64,000 bases of DNA from Hyaloraphidium curvatum SAG 235-1 (taxonomy: Eukaryota; Fungi; Monoblepharomycota). How positions within the stretch are numbered: position 1 is the first letter of the stretch; every line of letters starts with the position of its first letter. Shown here piece after piece: positions 47,264-58,571 of this stretch. The stretch spans positions 496,001-560,000 of the forward strand of contig JAIVFI010000029.1 of assembly GCA_025558095.1 (NCBI GenBank). The letters run 5' to 3'. The notes beneath the pieces were generated by a model. That model saw only the letters and a list, made by a program, of their open reading frames with translations, did no database searches and was not told where the DNA came from. Both the position numbers and the translations under genes were made by a program.

Positions 47264-50169
47264 ATGAGCTCCGAAAACGCCGAAGAAGCGGACCGCCGCA
47301 CGGCCCACCAGGTCCTCGCCGTAGCCCAGGCGCTGGCCGAGGGCAAGCTTCCCACGACCGGGCAGGCGACCGCTGCGATCCAGAAGCTCGAGGACCGCGG
47401 TACCCTCCTCGAAGCTTCGCGGGGCATGTCGATAGAAGGCCACACGCTCGTGCGCGACGCGGAGAAGCTTCTGGACACCTCCAAGCGGCTCCTGCAGGAG
47501 AAGAGCCCGGACGACCAGATGCAGAAGCTCATCTTCTACGCCAGCCGGGCCGGGCAGACCACCGCCGCCACCGCGGAGCGGAACGACATCCCGGTGGACG
47601 TGAGGGAGGAGATCAAGGGCGTGCTCGAGCAGCTGCGCAAGGGGGTCGACCAGGGTGCCCGGCTGGCGAGGCTGCTCGTGACCTCGGGCGAGTTCCGGCA
47701 GCTGCTCAGCGAGTCGTGGGAGCTGATCAAGGACACGTGAGTGCTCGATGGCGTCGATCACGTACTTCAGAGCCCCTGAGTGAGTGTTGTGGCTCCGCAG
47801 GCTCAAAACGCAGGGCGGCGAAGCCACGCGGTCGACCATCGAGGCCATCGAGCAGGGTAAGCCGCAGGAAGCCGTCTCCGCCGTCATGCAGAAGGCGGGC
47901 GAGACCAAGGACGTCCTCATGTCGTCGCATCTGAGCCACGGCGAGAAGCTGGACCACGCGATCGCCAAGGCCAAGGAAGCCGCTGGCGAGGCCGCCGCAC
48001 GCGTTCCGCAGCCCGTGAAGGACTCGGGCGCCGAGACCGCTGGCAAGATCGCCCCTCAGGTGGCTGGCCGCAGCGAGCGGCGCGGATCGGGCGACTCTGC
48101 CGAGACCTTCGCGGGCGGGCATCCGGTGCCGCGCCACGAGAAGCCCGGGCAGGACGCGGACTTTGCGACGACGTTTGCCGCCGGACACCCGCTGCCCGAG
48201 CCCGAAGAGGGTCAGGAGCCGGTGAAAGGTGCGGCGTCAGCGGCGACAGAGTCGGCCAAGCGCGCGGCGGAGGAGACGGGCAAGACGGCGCAGGGAGACC
48301 AATCGGGCGGACAGGCGGTCGACAAAGCCGAGGCTGCAGCCCGTGATGCTGCAGGCGCAGCCGCCGGGACGGTTCCGCAGGGCATCAAGGACGCTGCATC
48401 CAAGATCGGCACCGAGGAAGGCCGCTCGGAGCTCGCCGGCCGCGCATCCGAAGCCGCCGGGTCCGCCGCCGCCACCGTCGCGGACTTCCGCATCCCCCAG
48501 GACAGGATCGATGCCCTCGCCGACCGATTCAGGGCGCTCATGGTCGACGGCTTCGGATCGCGGGACGACTTCAGGCGCGGCCTCGAGGACCTCATGGCCG
48601 TCGTGGCGGACGCCTACGGGCGGACGAGGAACCTGCAGGAGCAGATGTCGAGCGTGGCGAGGGAGTGGACGATCGAGGCCAACGCCGACGCTTCCATCGC
48701 ATTGCGAGGTGAGGATTGCCGTCAATCCGAGGTGAAAGTCCATGATTGGTTGCATCCTTACAGCCGCCAAGGAGCTGGTCGAGAACTTTGCCGACGGCAA
48801 GTCCACGGATGAGCTTCTCACGGCAACGAACCAAACGCTGAAGGAGCTCGGTAATGCTTTTTTGCGATCACCTCCGGGGTCAGATCTGATCGCTCCGCGA
48901 CAGCCAACGACCTCAAGGTCTTCGACCTCCTCGCCGACGCCGAGTCCCTCGTCCGCGAGTCTCTCTCGGCCGACCTGCCCCAGGAAGAGTTCCGCACCCG
49001 CGCCTCGTCCCTCATCTCGCGCACGCGCGACGACCTCCTCCCTGCGTACTCCTCCAAGCTCGACGACCTGGCCTCCATGTACTCCTCCTTCCTCTCCGCG
49101 CTCTTCCTGCAGCGCGACGACACCGCCGCCGAGCTCGCGCAGGACTTCCAGGCGCTTTTCAGGGACGCGGCGCTGGACGCCTCGGGGAGGCCGACGTTCA
49201 AGCCCAGCCTGGTCAGGGACCTGGCGGGGCTGCTGCCGAGGCTGGCGGGGGCGCTGGCGTACGTGCCCGTGCCGAAAGTGCGGTACGAGGACGAGGACTA
49301 CCTCGTGGTGCTGGACAACATCGTCGTCAAGGTCGGTTTGGCGTGCTCCTTCGGCCGATCGCTGCTGACCGACACGCGGCCGCGAAGTGCACCGACATCG
49401 TGCCCACCTACATGCGCGTCCGCACGGACACCCTCGTCGACACCAAGAGGCCCGCGGACGACCAGATTGTCAACGTCGTCGAGATCACGATGTGCGTTTG
49501 GCTCCTCTGCTGAACCGGATCGCTCGCTCATCGGTGTCGGCTATCCAGGTCCCGCATCAAGGCCAGCGCCAAGGACATCGCTTTCATGTACAACAAGCGG
49601 ACGGGCCTCGTGCAAATTGGCGACGTAGGCATGGCTCCCCCGTTCCCGGTGCAGCTTCCCGCTCACGCATGCCCCCACACAGGTCGGCCTGCTCGACTTT
49701 TCCGTGACTGGCGAGGACGGCCTGACCATCCGCATCGTGCTCGAGCCCGCCCCCGCGGACGCCGCGGAGCCGGTCAGGATCGTCAGCTGCGAGGCGTCGG
49801 TGGACGACATGGACTTTGTCCTGCACGACACCAAGCATGAGTGGGCTTTTTGCCTGTCTTCACCTTTTCGTTTCGTCGCTGAACCGCGGATCCTGCAGCA
49901 CCCTCTACGCGGTCCTCAAACCCTTCATCCACCCCTTCATCAAGTCGCAGTTGCAGGCCGGCATCGCCGACGCCGCGTCCAAGTTCATCGGGTCCTCGGC
50001 CAAGAAGCTGGCGGCGGCGGCGGCGGGGGAGACCAAGACCGTGGAGGTCGGGAAGATCGCGGGGCCGGTGCCGGAGTACGGTGCGTTCTGCGGCCGGAGG
50101 GGTGGGGAAGGGGAGCTGACGTCCACGACAGCGAGCAAGGCATACCACGTGACGGCCCAAGGAGCTTGA
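47264..50169 (+). CDS. HAM1-like (DUF5923/DUF4449-type) fungal protein, multi-exon
   Basis: 'ALAEGKLPTTGQ', 'LLQEKSPDDQMQKLIF', 'LLVTSGEFRQLL', 'YVPVPKVRYED...VVLDNI', 'TLYAVLKPFI'. Confidence 0.7.
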
Positions 50170-50252
50170 AAGAGGGTTCAATCTCCATTCAGAAGAAGCT
50201 TGTACAACATCAGTAGGCAATCTTGCTAAGACACAGATGAGCAGAAGAAAGT

Positions 50253-50824
50253 TCACGAGCTCCCCGAGCTGGAGGAGGAGGAACCCGTGGACGAGCTGCC
50301 GCGGCGCTTCCCATCGCGGCTGGCCTGCTTGGCCGCCTTCTTCTGCGCCTTCTCGGCGCTCTTTTGGGCCTTCCGCGCGTCCTTCTCGGCGTGCTTGTTT
50401 GCTTTTCGGAGCGCCTTGGCGTCCGCCTTGGGCATCGACATGGTGCGGGGATCCACGAACCCGGCTTTGTTGCAGACCTTGCAGGGACTCCCACCGACGC
50501 GTCCCGAGCCTGATTTCGGCGAATGGCGGTGAGAAACGCGTAAACCAGCCGAGGGGGAGCACGGGAAGCCCGACCTCCGCATGCCGGACAGGGCACGAGG
50601 CCGCCCGGAGGACCCCACGCCATGGACGGCGGCGGCGGCAACACCTGCGCGCCGTACGGTGGCGGCATCGCGGGTTCCCCGAACGCAGGCGGCGACGGGC
50701 CGGGGGGAGGCGGAGGGGGGAACGCGGGCGGCGGCGCGTGTGACGGCCCGGGGACGGCGTCCTGGTAGGGGGGGGGCATCTCCGAGGGGGGAATGTAGTT
50801 GGGGAAGGGCGGTTTCTTCGACAT
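50253..50824 (-). CDS. Small Pro-rich protein with a CxxCxGxG-type zinc-finger pair and Lys/Ala-rich helix
   Basis: 'PPPY' motifs, 'CPACGG|SGRVGGSPCKVCNKAGFV' across one intron (~50513-50572). Confidence 0.55.
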
Positions 50825-51259
50825 TTTGTCTGAGTACGCGGCGGAAACTCGGGTTGCGTAGCGATGTCTGATGTCCGCGCTGGATCGCGGACGGAACAAC
50901 TTGGAGCGTCTCCCGCAATGGCCCCGCCCCACGAGGATGGCCCGCGTTGAAATAGAGAGGACGACTGATCGACTGTCGCCGCGGACGTAAATCACCCGAA
51001 TCTTCCTTGGTTCTCTTCTGGCACGGCGTTCCCAAGTGAGCATCCCAGACAGTGGCGCCCGGGTTGATCCGGCAGAGATGCAAGCCGGCACACTTGTTCC
51101 TACCCCGGCATCCGGCAGATTTCGCTGATTGAGCCACTGCACACATCGGCAAGTGGTGGCCGACCGTCGGAGGTTGATCGGAACACCAGCCCATTCCGGC
51201 GGTGCGAGTAAAGGCCGCCCGCGGTCGTTCCGCCATTGGCCACGGCACCTGATCCCGCG

Positions 51260-51891
51260 ATGTCCCGCCGGTCGCACACTGCCGGGGCCTTTGCCCTGAC
51301 CGCACTGCTCTCCGCCGCCGTGCTCGCGGCGTGCTTGGGCCCGAGGTGACCCGCCCGCCGCGCAACGCCGTCCGCGAGCTGACCGGCAGCCCCCGCAGCC
51401 CCGCGGCCGCTGCGCCCACCACGCCCGCTGACGCCGGTGCGGTGCGTGTCCTTTTTGCCCGCTCCTGCGGCGATTGCGGTGATTCGAGCTACTGGTGGGC
51501 CGCTCCCCCGTCCCCCGCCGCCTTCCCTAGGCCGCTGACGGCCATGCCCCGCAGCGAGTTCGCCTACCCCGGCGCCCCCGAAGGTCACATCGCGTGCGTC
51601 GATGCGGACCCCGACGACCGGCACGTCCTCTTCCGTCGGTACACGCGCAGCTACACCGATTGCCGCGGAACAATCCTCCCGGCCACCATCTGCTGCGACG
51701 GCGGGAACGCGGAGTTCCCGACCGTCTTCAACGTCGGAGGCTGCCGGGACGAGTGCGACAAACGAACGGGGTGCACCCACTTCCTGTTCGAACCGAGCGA
51801 CCTGTTCCCTTTGTGCGTCACCTACACGAGCTGCAGCCAGGGGGTGAGTGCGGAAGGTTATCAGCTCTACGCCCTGGGAGGGTTCGGGTAG
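51260..51891 (+). CDS. Secreted protein: shared N-terminal header plus PAN/apple-like Cys domain
   Basis: Exons 51260-51345, 51399-51494, 51555-51891. Hydrophobic leader, header 'RVLFARSCGDC...YCEFAYPGAP..HIACV...HVLFRRY', then 'CRDECDKRTGCTHFLF...LCVTY'. Confidence 0.65.
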
Positions 51892-52460
51892 TGTCCGACA
51901 ATCCAGGGGAGCTGCAGCTCGCCATTGAGATAGCTGAGGACGACGTGCGCTGCGGTCAGTGCGGGCGGCTGCGCGTGACACCGGGAACGGACGGGAAAGG
52001 GGAGCGAGCGACGGAGCATGGACGCGGAGGCGTCCCGCGGATGCAGGCATGATTCTTGATTGACGATGCCCTTGGTGCGTCGACCGGCGGTACACCCGCA
52101 GCTACTCCAAGTGCCCCACGGCGGCCAGCTACTGTTGCACCGCCCCTTTACTTCCAGTTCGACTTCGGATCGATACCAATTTGTGTCACCTACAACGCGA
52201 CCTGCAGGACGGGCTGCTTCGACGTTAATCTGCACCTTCACGCTCTGCAAGGGGTCGCGTGCCCAACGCTCCCGGCTAGCTGCTCGTCTCCGTATGAGTA
52301 GCTGAGGACCAATTCGTGCCTGTGAGCTTGGGCGAGGGCCTCTCCCTGCCGAAACGCGCGGGACAGGCACAATCGGGCGGCGGGAAGGTAACAGATTGTT
52401 AATGTTTGGTTCAGATCTACATGTTCCTTTTCTCTCCTTCTTGCTCTCCTTTGGTGCATT

Positions 52461-54420
52461 TCACACCATGTCCACGTCCGTCGTGCTGCTCGCCGCGCTG
52501 CCGTCGTGCCCGTCGTGCCCCGCGCCCTCGATCTCGATCGCCGCGTGCTGCGCGGCCGGGTGCGCCGCCTCGGCGGCCGCGGGCTCGTCGGGCACCTCGG
52601 CGCCCTTGGTCCCCGCCACGACCATGTTGACCATCTTGCCGCCCTCGCTCTGGGCGGGCATGCTGACCACCGGCCCGGCGGCCTCGACGTCCGCGGCCTG
52701 CACCGCCGACGACATGGCCGCCGTCCTCTTCCGCAGGTGGAACGTCTCGACGTCGTTGTTGTCCAGGTGCGTCCTGGTCCTCGCCAGGTCCTCCTTGGCC
52801 AGCCCGTTGTCCCGCGCCAGCTGCTCCTCGATCTCCTCCACCGTCGCGGGCTGCACCACCGCCGACCACACGCGGGCGGGGGCCACGGGGTGCTCCACGA
52901 AGAAGTCGATCTCGCGGCGGACGGTGGTGACGAGCTGGGTGAGGGGGAGGTCGTTGTCGTCGAAGCCGAAAGGGTTCTCGAGCTCCAGGCCTGCACGGGC
53001 GGGGGGAGATCAGCATCCGCGGCGGCGGGGGCGGGGGCGCGAGGGCGACGCACCCATGCTCTCGAAACCCCAGATGATGAAGGAGCTGATGAACATCAGC
53101 AGGATGTTCCACCATCCCCAGTTGAGGAACTGGAACGGCAGGATGAGGAAGTACACCAGCAGGGACTGCTTCAGGTGGATCGAGTAGATCGGGGGCATGG
53201 GGGTCGACAGGATGCGCTCGAGCGAGACCTGCGTGTTGGCGAGGTCCACGAGCATGCCGGGGGCCGATTTTCCCGCGCCGATGTATTCGCAGTCTTTCGA
53301 AAAGGTCAGCAAGGCAATCGGATCGCGGCACCGGAAGACCCACAGGAGTAGAGCAGCGTGATCATCTGGCTCGGCACGGACCACGAGTGCGGGTTCCTCC
53401 ACGTGCCCGGCAGCTTGAAGTTGGTCATCCTGTTGGCGCCCTTGCCCTCCCAGCTCACGCCGGACGCGGCGCGCTGCTCCGAGGTCTCGAAAAAGTACCG
53501 TGGGACGGAGTGGTCCGACCATTCGGTGGCCAGGGAGCCGTTGGCCTCGCGCGGGATCAGGTCGACGCAGTCCGGGTGCTCCATGGGGTCTGCGGATGCG
53601 TCAGCCCGGCGACACACCCCGAGGCAGGGGCAGGGAAACCCACTCTCGTCGCGGAGGTGGTACATGAGCGCGTACAGGTACCCCACCGCGCACCGCATGG
53701 CCGAGTACTGCTTCTCCCTCTCCTCCTCGTTTTTGGGCGGGTAGAACACCGTCACCCACCGCGTGAACTCGCGCACGCGGGCCGTCGCCGTTTCGAAGAG
53801 CTTGCGGCCCTCGTACCACCGCTCGTAGGCCGAGTTGGTGCGGAAACCGAGGAGCAGCGAGACGGCGAAGCCGAAGATCGACAGGGCGGCGGCGGAGGGG
53901 GGGGACATGGCCTGGCGGTATCCGCCCAGCTCGGCGATCAGCTCGATGGCGACGGTGTAGAGGGTCCCTGCAGGGATGCGGGATCAGTGCGTGATCGTGG
54001 GGCAGGAGCAAGGTTGCGCCCACAGAAGACGACGGTGGCCCACACCCGCGGCCACACGCTGCCGCTCCACCGTATCCAGCGGAAGGTCCAGCCGTTGGCG
54101 GCGGAGAGGTTGCCGCCCGGGAAGGGCGAGAGGAGCTTGTCCATGAAGGCCGAGTCATCTGCACCACGGGTGTCAGCGGTGCGGGTGCACGGGGCCGGCG
54201 CGGAGGGGGCTTACAGTTCGCCTTCTTTGAGGCCTATTGGGCGAGGGACGGGGCGAGAAGAGCGAAGGCGAGGGGGGCCGGGAGGGGAGGGCGGGCGGGA
54301 TGAGGACACCGTTCCCCCGCCGCGCCGGCGCCGCGGGCCACCCACCCGCGCCTCGTTGGCGTAGACGTCCGCATTGGGCGCGCCGTGCGCGGCGGAAATG
54401 ACCCCCTTGGCGGCGCTCAT
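52461..54420 (-). CDS. Bestrophin-family (UPF0187/YneE-type) anion channel, multi-exon
   Basis: 'GSVWPRV', 'VSLLLGFRTNSAYERWYEGRK', 'LERILSTPMP', 'ELENPFGFDDNDLPL'. Confidence 0.9.
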
Positions 54421-55314
54421 TCCGGTGTCGTGTGGGTGCCGCGTGCGACGAAGAAAGCGGGTGTCGCGTCCCTTGGTCTGGACCGCGGGCGGGCTGGTGC
54501 CGACGGCGATGCGATCGAGGACGCGGCGCGGGCCGAGTGGGGGATGCAGTCGGCTTGGAGAGATGGAGTGATGGCGCCGGATTGAGTCGGGATGGCGTCG
54601 GCGGGCGACGGAGGGTGGCAGGGGTTGCCTCGCGAGTTCGGACGAGAGCTTTGAGGGTTCCATCGCTCCAGGGTCCGGCAACAGACTTCAAACACCACGG
54701 AGCAGTGCACGGTCCGGCGGCCCAGAACAGTCGCAGAGGCAGAGGTGACGACATGATACCGGTCCGTCGCTCTGCGGCGCGTCCTGGTCCCGCGGCCGTC
54801 ACTCCGGCTCCCCGTCCGCCTCGCCGCCGCGACGCCGCCCGCCCGCCCGAACCCGTCCTCGGACGGTACGGTCCGAATGGGCGGTGCCCGGAGGAACAAG
54901 GGGCACCTGAGCCACGGGAGCAGCATGGAAACCACCGGCCGAATGGGAATCCCGGCAGGGCCGCACGGCACGGCGCCGGACCGTATCTCCCTGGACCGCC
55001 CCGAGAGATCGTGGCCATCCGCGCCCGAGGCGCCCCTTTTTCGCGATTACCGGGTTACATCCGCGTCCAAAGGCAATAGATTACGCGCCCGCGGCGCCCG
55101 CAAAAGTCCGTCGTCCGCCGTTCGCCGTCCGAGCGAACCGAGTCAGCTCCAAGTCGAGAGTGGGAAGGAAGAAAGAAGTAGGAAGGAGTCCAGAGGAGAA
55201 AGGAGAAGAAGGAGGAGGGGAGGAGGAAGGAACGGGTCCGAGGAGGTGTCCGAGGAAGCGTCCGGGCAGCTCGTTCCGGCCCCGCCCCCGAGGCGCGACC
55301 CCCGGTCCGCCCCG

Positions 55315-55991
55315 TCACGGCTCCGGCATCAGCAGCGCCACCTGCGCCAGCAAATCCAGCGCCACCTTCTCCCCCGCCCGCCTCCTCGCGCTCGCCCTGC
55401 TCGGCTCCCTGCTGCCTTGCTGCTCCTCCCTCGGCGGCAGCGGCCCGGCCTCCTGCCTCCGCACCGCCTGGCCCGCCCGCCGCGAGCGCAGGGTGGGGAA
55501 GGTGTTGCGGTACGCCTGCACGATCTTGCCGCGGGTTTCCTTGGAGGCGTGCTCGAGCGGGGGGTTGAGGAGGACGAACTTGCACACCTGGAGGTTGAAC
55601 TCGAGCTGCCCCCGGCACGCCGTCAGCGCCCGTCCCGGGCCGCGGCAGGGAGCAGGGGTACCTCGTGCTCCGTCCGCCGTCCGCCCCGCCTCCTGCGCGC
55701 CGCCCCCAGCGCGCCCGGGTAGTGCGCCCACCGCCGCACGTCGCCCTCGTGCGCCTCGACCTCCTCCAGCGCCGCATCGAGGTCGAACAGCGTGCCGCCC
55801 ACCACCACGCGGAACCGCTCCCTGCCCGCCGAGACGTATCTCCGCGGCTCGCCGGTCCACTCGGCCGGCAGCCCGTCGGGCTCCGTCGGGGGAACCGACG
55901 CCGGCGAGCCCGGGGCGTCGGCGGGGGGAGGGCTCTCCTCGGAGCGCAGCACCGGCGGCGCGGAGGGGGGCGCTTCGACGGGGGAGGCCAT
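55315..55991 (-). CDS. Hypothetical protein, 2 exons
   Basis: Codon-biased exons 'FRVVVGGTLFDLDAALEEV...' and 'LEFNLQVCKFVLLNPPLEH...' joined by an intron at ~55605-55661. Confidence 0.45.
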
Positions 55992-57522
55992 TGCGGGGGC
56001 CCGAGAGGTGGAGTGCGGGGCGGGCCGGGAGGCAGGGAAACAAAACGCGCCGGGGGCCATGCAGGCTGCAATCCGCCGCGCAGTCGCCAACGGGCAATAT
56101 ATTCCGGCTCCAACAAGTGCGACGCACGCGTCCGGCGCCACGCAGCGCGGGATTCCCTCCCCCCGCTCTCTCCCCCGGCCCGAGTTGCCCCGCCACCGCC
56201 CAACCTCGCCACCCCCCGCCCGGGAGCACACCCCTTCCCCCGGTGGGCGCTCCACCGATCCCCGTAGCGTGCACGACGGAAAGACGGCGGGTCGCCGGGG
56301 GTGTTCCGGGGGTGGGGAGCGGGCGGGGGCCGGGGCCGGGAAAACCTTCGGTGGGGGTCCTTCGGGTTCCGGGGGGCGGATGGGCGCTCGTACGGGCGGA
56401 TGCTGCTTCAGAATAGTGATTTATCTCGATTCCGATGCGCAGTGTGGGGGTTCCGGAGGGCGAACGTGAGCGAGCCGGGCGGGAGGTACCCGCGCGCCGC
56501 CAGCACGCACCAATCCCCGTCCGGGCCCCCGTCCCGCCCAGGTATTGCTTCCCCTCGTTCCAGGGGACCGAGAGGAAAGGAATGCCGTCCTTCGCCGGGC
56601 GCCGCGCGCGCTGCCGGACAACTGGCGCTTCCCTCCGGCCGTGCGACGGGACGTGCGCGTGGGTCGAAGGGGGACGGTGGATCCTCGGAGTCATGCGGGA
56701 AGCCGGCCATTCCTGCAACCGCCTTCCCGTCGCCGATCCGGAGACGGGACGGGCCCGCGGCCGTCCGCAGGTGGCCCGGGGAGCACGCGGCAGCCGGTTC
56801 GTGACGGACAGGCAGGTATCGTTGGAGCCGGCGGGGATCGGGACCGGGAACGCTACGGGTACGGCGGGCAACGAAGCCCGCGCCGGGGGCGCGACTTATC
56901 TCCGGGTCCTGTATGCGGCGGGGCTTCCCGTCCCTCGACGGCATCCGCGGGCAAACGGCTTCCCCTGCCCGGGCAGAGCGCCGTTACCTGCCCGTCGCTC
57001 ACGCCAGAGCGGCAGGATCGGCGCGGAGGAAGAGATGTGTTCCTGACTGCCAGTAGGGTCCGGGTTGGCCGGCGGGGGAGGTCCCCTGATTTCGGGCGGT
57101 TCGAACGGTCGTTGATGGACGGGAGATGGACGTCGTTCCGAGGAGATCGTCGAGGCCCGCAGCATCACTGTGTCCGCACGGGATGGAAGCGTCGGATGGC
57201 GGGCGGCCCCGGTGCGGCCGCGGCTCCGGGATCCAGGCCAAGGACACGCCGGCATCGTCGGCCAGGCGAGATAACCCCCGCTGGCGCCCGCGAAGCCCGG
57301 GGAAGGCACCACCGAGGTGGCCGCTGCTGTGCCGGGGGTGGCCGGCGGGGATTGCGGCGGGGGACGGGGAGGCCGGCGGGTATCGGTCGTGGCCGGTTGC
57401 CTGAGCACAGCCCCGGTTCCCGCCGTCATCCGACGGTTCAAAAGTCCCTACCGGCCTCCAAACATAAGCAACTCCGTGCGGCCGCCGCAACCGCACCTTC
57501 CCTGCCCCCCGCCGCAGAAAGC

Positions 57523-58305
57523 ATGGCGGCCTCCGTCGCAATGCAGCAGCCCGCGGCGTGGCCCGCGCCGCAGCAGGCGTGGCTCGCGTACGCCCCGCAC
57601 GACTTTTCGCCCTTCGCCGGCGCCTCGCTGCCCGCACAGGCGTACCACGCCACGCCGCCCGCCGTGCCGTGGCTCCCCGCCGCGCCGCCGCCCGCGCTGC
57701 CCGCCGCCGCCCCGGTGCCGCCGCCCGCGTCGCCCGCGCCCTTGTGCACGCACTCGGCCGGCGGCGATTCCGACGAGGGGTTCTGCTACTCGTGCATGCT
57801 CGAACGCTCCTCCACCCCGCCCTCGCCGCCCTCCCCCGCCTCCCTCCCCCCCGCCGCCTTCGCCCTGCCCCGCGGCCCGTCGGAGTCCCTCCCCGTCGCC
57901 CGCTCCTCCTCCCTCCTCCCCTCCCTCTCCCCGGACCTGCTCCCCTCGGCCTCCCTCCCGCTCGTCCGTGGGCCCTCCGCCGCACTGGCGCAGTCGGGAT
58001 CCCCGGGACTGCACCCCCTCGCCCGCGCGCGCACAGCCGACTTTTCCCTGCACGCCTCGCGCACCCTCCCCGCTTCCTTCCCCGCCGCGGACCCGGTGCA
58101 CGGGTTCCCCCCCGGCATGCCCTACGCGCAGGGCGGATCGCCCGGGCTGCATCCCTTCCCGGCCCACCAGTACCCGGCCGGCAACCAGGCCGTGTCGCTG
58201 AAGCTGAAGCAGTACCGCAGGGAGCAGGCGCGCAAGATCGAGGAGGTCAGGCGGAGGGGGGAAGCCGAGAGGGGCAACGGGCTCAAGAAGGCGTTCTCGG
58301 TCTAG
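57523..58305 (+). CDS. Pro/Ser-rich hypothetical protein
   Basis: ORF MAASVAMQQP... with 'CTH...FCYSC' and basic C-terminus 'LKLKQYRREQARK'. Confidence 0.45.
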   Translation: MAASVAMQQPAAWPAPQQAWLAYAPHDFSPFAGASLPAQAYHATPPAVPWLPAAPPPALPAAAPVPPPASPAPLCTHSAGGDSDEGFCYSCMLERSSTPPSPPSPASLPPAAFALPRGPSESLPVARSSSLLPSLSPDLLPSASLPLVRGPSAALAQSGSPGLHPLARARTADFSLHASRTLPASFPAADPVHGFPPGMPYAQGGSPGLHPFPAHQYPAGNQAVSLKLKQYRREQARKIEEVRRRGEAERGNGLKKAFSV

Positions 58306-58571
58306 AGGGTTCCGACCGGGGATCAGGGGTCGATGGAGTTGGATTGGACAGCGTGGTGTGGGGCCGGCCTGCAGTGTGCAGCCGGGGAATACACGGGGCG
58401 CCGAGTGCGATTCGCGGGAGCCCATGGCGGGCGACGCGGTCCGGACGGGCCGTCCGCCCGAAACCGGGGGATGCTCACGCGGCGAGGATCGCATTCTGTC
58501 CGAAATCATCGACGGAGGATCGTGGGGAACAGGCTTGGGTGGGCCGCCGCCTCCCGTCGATCGAGCGCGGA

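Noticed and set aside
51450-51645. Header motifs 'VLFAR' and 'HVLFRR' as true Crinkler LFLAK/HVLV motifs
   Set aside because: The header is short and disulfide-type rather than the ubiquitin-like CRN N-terminus. Kept only as an analogy.
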